Below are positions 38,301-42,822 of a stretch of 42,822 nt of DNA, in pieces. The first letter of the stretch is position 1. Each line of letters starts with the position of its first letter. The notes under the pieces were generated by a model, which was given only the letters and a program-made list of their open reading frames with translations, was not told where the DNA came from and ran no database searches. Location: NCBI GenBank assembly GCA_902764715.1, contig CACWXE010000004.1, positions 1 to 42,822 on the forward strand, given 5' to 3'. This DNA comes from an uncultured Ruminococcus sp. Its GTDB lineage: Bacteria > Bacillota > Clostridia > Oscillospirales > Acutalibacteraceae. The position numbers and the translations under genes were made by a program.

Positions 38301-38610
38301 TGTTGCCCGAAACGACGGACAGATCGACATAATACAGCTGTGTTGTATCCGTCAGCCTTTGCCAGCCGCGGCCGTCGCTGTACCATTTGTCCACACGATA
38401 ATGATGGATGCCTGCGATCGTCTGCCACTCGATGCGGACGCCCTCCCGGTCGGAACGCATCGAAGTGATCACGGGCACACCTGCCCCGACCTCTGCTGCT
38501 GACGGCTCACCGTTTTCATCCTCCAGCTCAACGGCTGTTACGCTCAAAAATGAGGAAAGCATCAGAACCGCCAGCAATGCGGCAATCGTTTTTTGTAATA
38601 CTCTTCGCAT
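35372..38610 (-). pseudogene. Secreted protein with 10 FN3-like repeats and a C-terminal C39-like cysteine peptidase, split by a frameshift at about 36330
   Basis: Signal peptide MRRVLQK.. at 38610 and ~87-aa repeats W..V.GA.KYRVYY.G..GW....T..TS..D.DV.SG..Y.YTVRC. The ninth repeat continues in another frame (35372..36340), ending in YYYDQ..SGCGPTCFAMV..GHFIVL..VYDP. Confidence 0.75.
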
Positions 38611-38816
38611 AGGATCACCTCTTTCTGTATCAAATATATATAGGTAAGCCACAGAAGATCTGTGACATATAGTTGTCTACTTTAATTATAATTCTTAAAA
38701 AGCAATATGTCAACAACAAGAGAATTACATATTTGCAATATTCTGCCTATTATGGTAGAATAAGGCAAAGGTCGAAAAAACCACTTATAGGGTCATATCA
38801 TGTCGGAGGTAAAGTG

Positions 38817-39194
38817 ATGAGCGAAGTTTTGATCTATAATCTCCCTCCCGAAAAGGACGCAAGGGTAAAAATGCTGTGCCGAAAGTTCGGATTTGATTCG
38901 CGCAGTATCGAGAAATCCGAATTCGGCTATACGCTCGGATATCTGCTGGGCCAGTCAGAGGATGATTCCATCAGGGACGGAGAGGATTTTGACGAAGAGA
39001 TGCTCTATCTCGCGGAGCTCAGAGGCGGTATGCTCAATCTCTTTCTCGATCAGCTCCGCCGCAAAAAGCTGAGCGTCCCGCTCAAGGCGATACAAACCGA
39101 TCGGAACATCGGCTTCACCTCCCGTGAGCTGTACCGCGAGCTGTGCGCCGAAAGAGATGCCATCGCGAGGGGAACGACACAACATCAGGGGTAG
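38817..39194 (+). CDS. DUF3783-like protein
   Basis: EEMLY...LNLFLDQLRRKKLSVPLKAIQT..N..F...ELYREL..E. RBS GGAGGT. Confidence 0.7.
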   Translation: MSEVLIYNLPPEKDARVKMLCRKFGFDSRSIEKSEFGYTLGYLLGQSEDDSIRDGEDFDEEMLYLAELRGGMLNLFLDQLRRKKLSVPLKAIQTDRNIGFTSRELYRELCAERDAIARGTTQHQG

Positions 39195-39223
39195 ATATCA
39201 TGCGGAATACTCCGGAGGTTCAC

Positions 39224-40141
39224 ATGAAACGCTTTATACTTTTATTATTGGGCTGCCTGACCGTCTGCGTCATTCTGGCAGGCTGCAGTGAAAAGCTCAC
39301 ACTCGATCAAACGCAGCTGGATATGACCGTCGGCGACAGCGCGGAGCTGTCCGCGGGAAAGGCGACGCGGGTGAGCTGGGAGAGCAATAACGACGCGGTC
39401 GCCACCGTCATCGGCGGCGAGGTCAACGCCAAATCCGCCGGAGAAGCAATCATCACCGCTTCTCTCGAAAACGGCGAGACCGCCACCTGCCGCGTCAAGG
39501 TATCCGATAAGCTGATCAACGAGATCACCCTGAGCGCCACCGGCGTCCGTATCGAGGTCGGCAAAACGATCCAGCTGGAAGCTGCCTACAAGCCCGCCGA
39601 CGCGTCGCATGTCGTGCTGAGCTGGGAGAGCAGTGACCCGAATATCGCGTCCGTCAACGAAGACGGCTTTGTCACCGGCGTTTTTGAGGGCGTCGCCACG
39701 ATCACCTGCAAGAGCGATAATGGCGTCGAGGCGTCCTGCACCGTCAACGTCGGCAGTTCCTCACAGCCCACCGCGGCTCCCACCCAACCACCCGCAGTCA
39801 TCAAGCCGACAGAAACGACCGCCGCGCCGAAAAGCACCGATCCTGCCGCAGGCAGTCAGTCGGGATCCTCCGGCGGTATGCTGTTCCCCGATTCTTCCAC
39901 CCGCTATCTGACGAACGACGAGATCGCGGCGAAGATCTACAGCATGAGCGGCACACCTCTGTCGGGCAGCTTCGGACAGGACGCGGTCAATGAGATCTAC
40001 GCAAGGCACGGCTTTGTCTTTCGCACCGCTTCGATCCGCTCCTACTACGAAGCCCAGTCGTGGTATCATCCCGATCCGGGCTACGACGGCTCACTCAGTG
40101 CGATCGAACAGTACAACGTCGGCTTGCTCAGCCAATATTGA
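39224..40141 (+). CDS. Lipoprotein with two Big_2 Ig-like domains and a YARHG domain
   Basis: Lipobox LAGC. Big_2 motifs WESNNDAVATV..G.V and WESSDPNIASV..G.VTG. AVNEIYARHGFVF. Confidence 0.85.
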   Translation: MKRFILLLLGCLTVCVILAGCSEKLTLDQTQLDMTVGDSAELSAGKATRVSWESNNDAVATVIGGEVNAKSAGEAIITASLENGETATCRVKVSDKLINEITLSATGVRIEVGKTIQLEAAYKPADASHVVLSWESSDPNIASVNEDGFVTGVFEGVATITCKSDNGVEASCTVNVGSSSQPTAAPTQPPAVIKPTETTAAPKSTDPAAGSQSGSSGGMLFPDSSTRYLTNDEIAAKIYSMSGTPLSGSFGQDAVNEIYARHGFVFRTASIRSYYEAQSWYHPDPGYDGSLSAIEQYNVGLLSQY

Positions 40142-40158
40142 TAATCAAACTATGTAAC

Positions 40159-40188
40159 AGCATGATCGTCATATGATGGTCATGCTTT
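40159..40188 (+). terminator. Terminator
   Basis: AGCATGATCGTCATATGATGGTCATGCT followed by TTT. Confidence 0.6.
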
Positions 40189-40292
40189 TATTTCATGGGC
40201 ATGCTCTTATTTATAAAATGTTAATACATTCATCTTGTATTTGTTTTTTTATTAGTATATAATACAATTATATTGACTCGGATTGGAGGAAT

Positions 40293-42416
40293 ATGATGAA
40301 AAGAAAAATCGTCAGCATCATTCTGACGCTTGCTCTCATCCTATCGGTCTGCGGGGGCGGCTGTATCGGCGCGTCCGCCGCGGATGATACCGCCACGATC
40401 ACGGTCGGCAACAAGACCATCACTGCGAAGGTAGGAGAGTACATCGAATACAGTATCGCGTTCCGTACCACGGGCGACAGCATCACAACGGCACAGGTCG
40501 AACTTCCGATCGACTTTTCGGCGTTCAGCGGCTACAGCCAGGACGAGATCGCGACCCACATTCAGCGTATCGCGCCCACGACAGCGAATTCTTCTGTCGT
40601 AAGACGCTTTGATACCCCCAACACCTTCGGGCTCACCGGCTACGTCATGAACTTCGCCAATGCGAACGGCTACTCCTTCAACTCCGAGAAGACCGTGTTG
40701 AAGCTGCTCTTCGGCGTAGAAAAGGCAGGCTCCTATCACCTCGCCGCCAAGGTCAGGTATGTGAACGACATCAATGACAATGTCGTCATCGACAACGACT
40801 ACAACCGACTCAACGCCCGCTTCAGCTATGTCGAAAGCGTCACCGAAGCGGAGCTGGAGACGCCTCAGCCGAACGCCTCCACCTATGCGGGCGGCGTCAG
40901 GATCACATGGGATCCCGTACCGGGCGCCAAGCTCTACCGCGTCTATGTCAAAACAGAGAACAGCGGATGGGCGAGGATCGCGGAGACCGGCGAGACCTCT
41001 TACATCGATCCCAATGTTGTTTCCGGCAAACGCTATACCTACACGGTGCGCTGCATGTCGCCGGACGGTTCCCGCTTTATCAGCGACTATGACCGCGACG
41101 GCGCGTCGGCAGTATACTACACCGCTCCCATCCTGCGGCTGAGCAACGCCGAGGACGGTGTACAGATCAGCTGGGACGCTGTGCCTCAGGCGGATTCCTA
41201 CCGTGTCTACTATCGCGGCAGTAACGGCTGGACAAAGCTCGTCGATACCGAGGACACCTCGACAGTCGATTATGATGTCGATTCAGGCACACGCTACACC
41301 TACACCATCCGCGCGATGGATGAAAACGGCGATCATCTGAGCTGGTTCTATCCGGACGGCTTCTCGATCACCTTCCTGTCCGCGCCCACATTCAGCCTGT
41401 CCAATGCCGCCGACGGCGTACAGATCAGCTGGGATAAGGTCGAGGGCGCTGAGAATTACCGCATCTACTACTACGGCAGCCGCGGCTGGACAAAGCTCGC
41501 CGAAACCACCAATAACGCCTTCATCGATACCGACGTCAGCTCCAACCACACCTACACCTACACCGTGCGCTGCATCAACAAGGAAGGCACCGACTTCACC
41601 AGCGACTACCGCCCCGGCAAGAGCATCAAATACTATGCCGCGCCGAAGCTGACCCTCTCCAATGAAGAGGACGGCGTTCGGATCAGGTGGGACGCTGTCG
41701 CGGGCGCGTCCAAATACCGCGTTTATTACAAGGGCGGTAACGGCTGGACAAAGCTCGAGGATACCACCGGTACCTCCGTGCTCGATACCGATGTTGCCTC
41801 CGGCACCAACTACACCTACACCATCCGCGCGATGGATTCAGATAATAACCACCTGAGCTGGTATTATACCGACGGCTTCCGCATCCAGTTCATCCGTGCG
41901 CCTGAGTTCAGCGTTTCCAACGAGGCTGACGGCGTCAAGATCAGCTGGGACAAGGTAGGCGGCGCAAAGAAATATCGTATCTTCTACTACGGCTCCAAGG
42001 GCTGGACAAGAATGGTCGATACGACAGAAACCTCTTATATCGACAAGGATGTTTCATCCAACCACACCTACACCTACACCGTGCGCTGTATCACCGAGGA
42101 CGGCTCCGCGTATACCAGCGACTTCCGCTCCGGCAAAAGCGTCAAATATGTCGAAGCGCCCAAGCTGACGCTCTCCAACACCTCGAGCGGCGTGATGATC
42201 CGATGGAATTCCGTTGCGGGCGCTTCCAAATACCGCGTCTATTACAAGGGCAGAAACGGCTGGACAAAGCTCACCGATTCCACCGGCACCTCCTTTGTCG
42301 ATTCCGACGTCAAGGACGGCACGCCCTACACCTACACCATCCGCGCGATGGACGCGAACGACAATCACCTGAGCTGGTTCTACACCGACGGCTTTACCAT
42401 CACCTATCATAAATAA
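40293..42416 (+). CDS. Secreted protein with an N-terminal beta-sandwich (cohesin-like?) domain and 6 FN3-like repeats
   Basis: Signal peptide. Six ~86-aa repeats of the same family as 35372-38610, alternating YTVRC and YTIRAMD..HLSW types. Confidence 0.8.
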   Translation: MMKRKIVSIILTLALILSVCGGGCIGASAADDTATITVGNKTITAKVGEYIEYSIAFRTTGDSITTAQVELPIDFSAFSGYSQDEIATHIQRIAPTTANSSVVRRFDTPNTFGLTGYVMNFANANGYSFNSEKTVLKLLFGVEKAGSYHLAAKVRYVNDINDNVVIDNDYNRLNARFSYVESVTEAELETPQPNASTYAGGVRITWDPVPGAKLYRVYVKTENSGWARIAETGETSYIDPNVVSGKRYTYTVRCMSPDGSRFISDYDRDGASAVYYTAPILRLSNAEDGVQISWDAVPQADSYRVYYRGSNGWTKLVDTEDTSTVDYDVDSGTRYTYTIRAMDENGDHLSWFYPDGFSITFLSAPTFSLSNAADGVQISWDKVEGAENYRIYYYGSRGWTKLAETTNNAFIDTDVSSNHTYTYTVRCINKEGTDFTSDYRPGKSIKYYAAPKLTLSNEEDGVRIRWDAVAGASKYRVYYKGGNGWTKLEDTTGTSVLDTDVASGTNYTYTIRAMDSDNNHLSWYYTDGFRIQFIRAPEFSVSNEADGVKISWDKVGGAKKYRIFYYGSKGWTRMVDTTETSYIDKDVSSNHTYTYTVRCITEDGSAYTSDFRSGKSVKYVEAPKLTLSNTSSGVMIRWNSVAGASKYRVYYKGRNGWTKLTDSTGTSFVDSDVKDGTPYTYTIRAMDANDNHLSWFYTDGFTITYHK

Positions 42417-42427
42417 TAAGCATCATG

Positions 42428-42464
42428 AAAAAAGCACTTCCGATCACGTTTTCGGAAGTGCTTT
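42428..42464. terminator. Bidirectional terminator
   Basis: AAAAAAGCACTTCCGA-TCACGTTT-TCGGAAGTGCTTT. Confidence 0.85.
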
Positions 42465-42468
42465 ATAT

Positions 42469-42822
42469 TTATCTGTTTCCCGCGCGCGCCATGATCATAC
42501 CGCCGTTTTCCTTGAGCCAGCGATTCCAGCGGTCATACGCGGGATAGACCGCGTACACCCGCTCATAAAACCGTGCGCTGTGGTTCATTTCAAACAGGTG
42601 ACACAGCTCGTGCACCACCACGCTGTCAAGCACCTCGGGCGGGGTGAGCAGCAAGAGGATGTTGAAGTTCAGATTTTTCTTAGCCGAGCAGCTGCCCCAG
42701 CGGGTCTTTTGACACCGCAGGGTAATCCTGCCGTAGTGCGCGTCCATGATCCGCGCGTAATACGCGACCCTCTCGGGGATGACCTTTTTTGCCATCTGCG
42801 CAAGAGCGCGCAGCTCCTCCTC
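42469..42822 (-). CDS. YgjP/SprT-like (DUF45, M48-type) zinc hydrolase, 5' end outside the window
   Basis: QKTRWGSCS..LNFN...VVVHELCHL.EMNHSARFY. The frame is open to the window edge. Confidence 0.88.
   Translation of the reverse strand, partial: EEELRALAQMAKKVIPERVAYYARIMDAHYGRITLRCQKTRWGSCSAKKNLNFNILLLLTPPEVLDSVVVHELCHLFEMNHSARFYERVYAVYPAYDRWNRWLKENGGMIMARAGNR

Noticed and set aside
38761-38810. GGCAAA..GAAA resembling a c-di-GMP-I riboswitch
   Set aside because: The second stem and the conserved downstream motifs are absent, and the segment is too short.

Overview
This looks like a core-chromosome window from a gut or rumen Ruminococcus-like Firmicute. That is an inference from the dockerin protein, malQ-glgP and the Firmicute rimP-nusA-ylxR-ylxQ-infB-rbfA-nrnA-truB operon. 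Genes in order: pckA (partial); ECF sigma/anti-sigma pair; csoR-copA; second ECF sigma/anti-sigma pair with a dockerin protein; polytopic membrane protein; ogg; DUF6062-like gene; the nusA-infB operon; cysK, ECF S-component, mnmA and rrf2; a membrane-anchored MerR operon; malQ-glgP; pncC/cinA; rsmE; mtnN; and two large secreted FN3-like repeat proteins, one frameshifted ahead of a C39-like domain. I see no transposase, CRISPR array, tRNA or rRNA. The most unusual signal is non-coding. Many intergenic regions carry short palindromic REP/MITE-like elements from at least five families that nest inside each other. These share an ~11-bp GACACRCGTRT unit added at hairpin apices, and one copy sits in-frame inside a CDS. 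Other leads: an 8-aa Cys-terminated uORF before cysK, an internal RBS/ATG that could make CopZ from the copA 3' end, an ATC start for an ECF sigma, and an in-frame N-terminal deletion in rsmE. All calls come from reading the sequence by eye; no searches were run.
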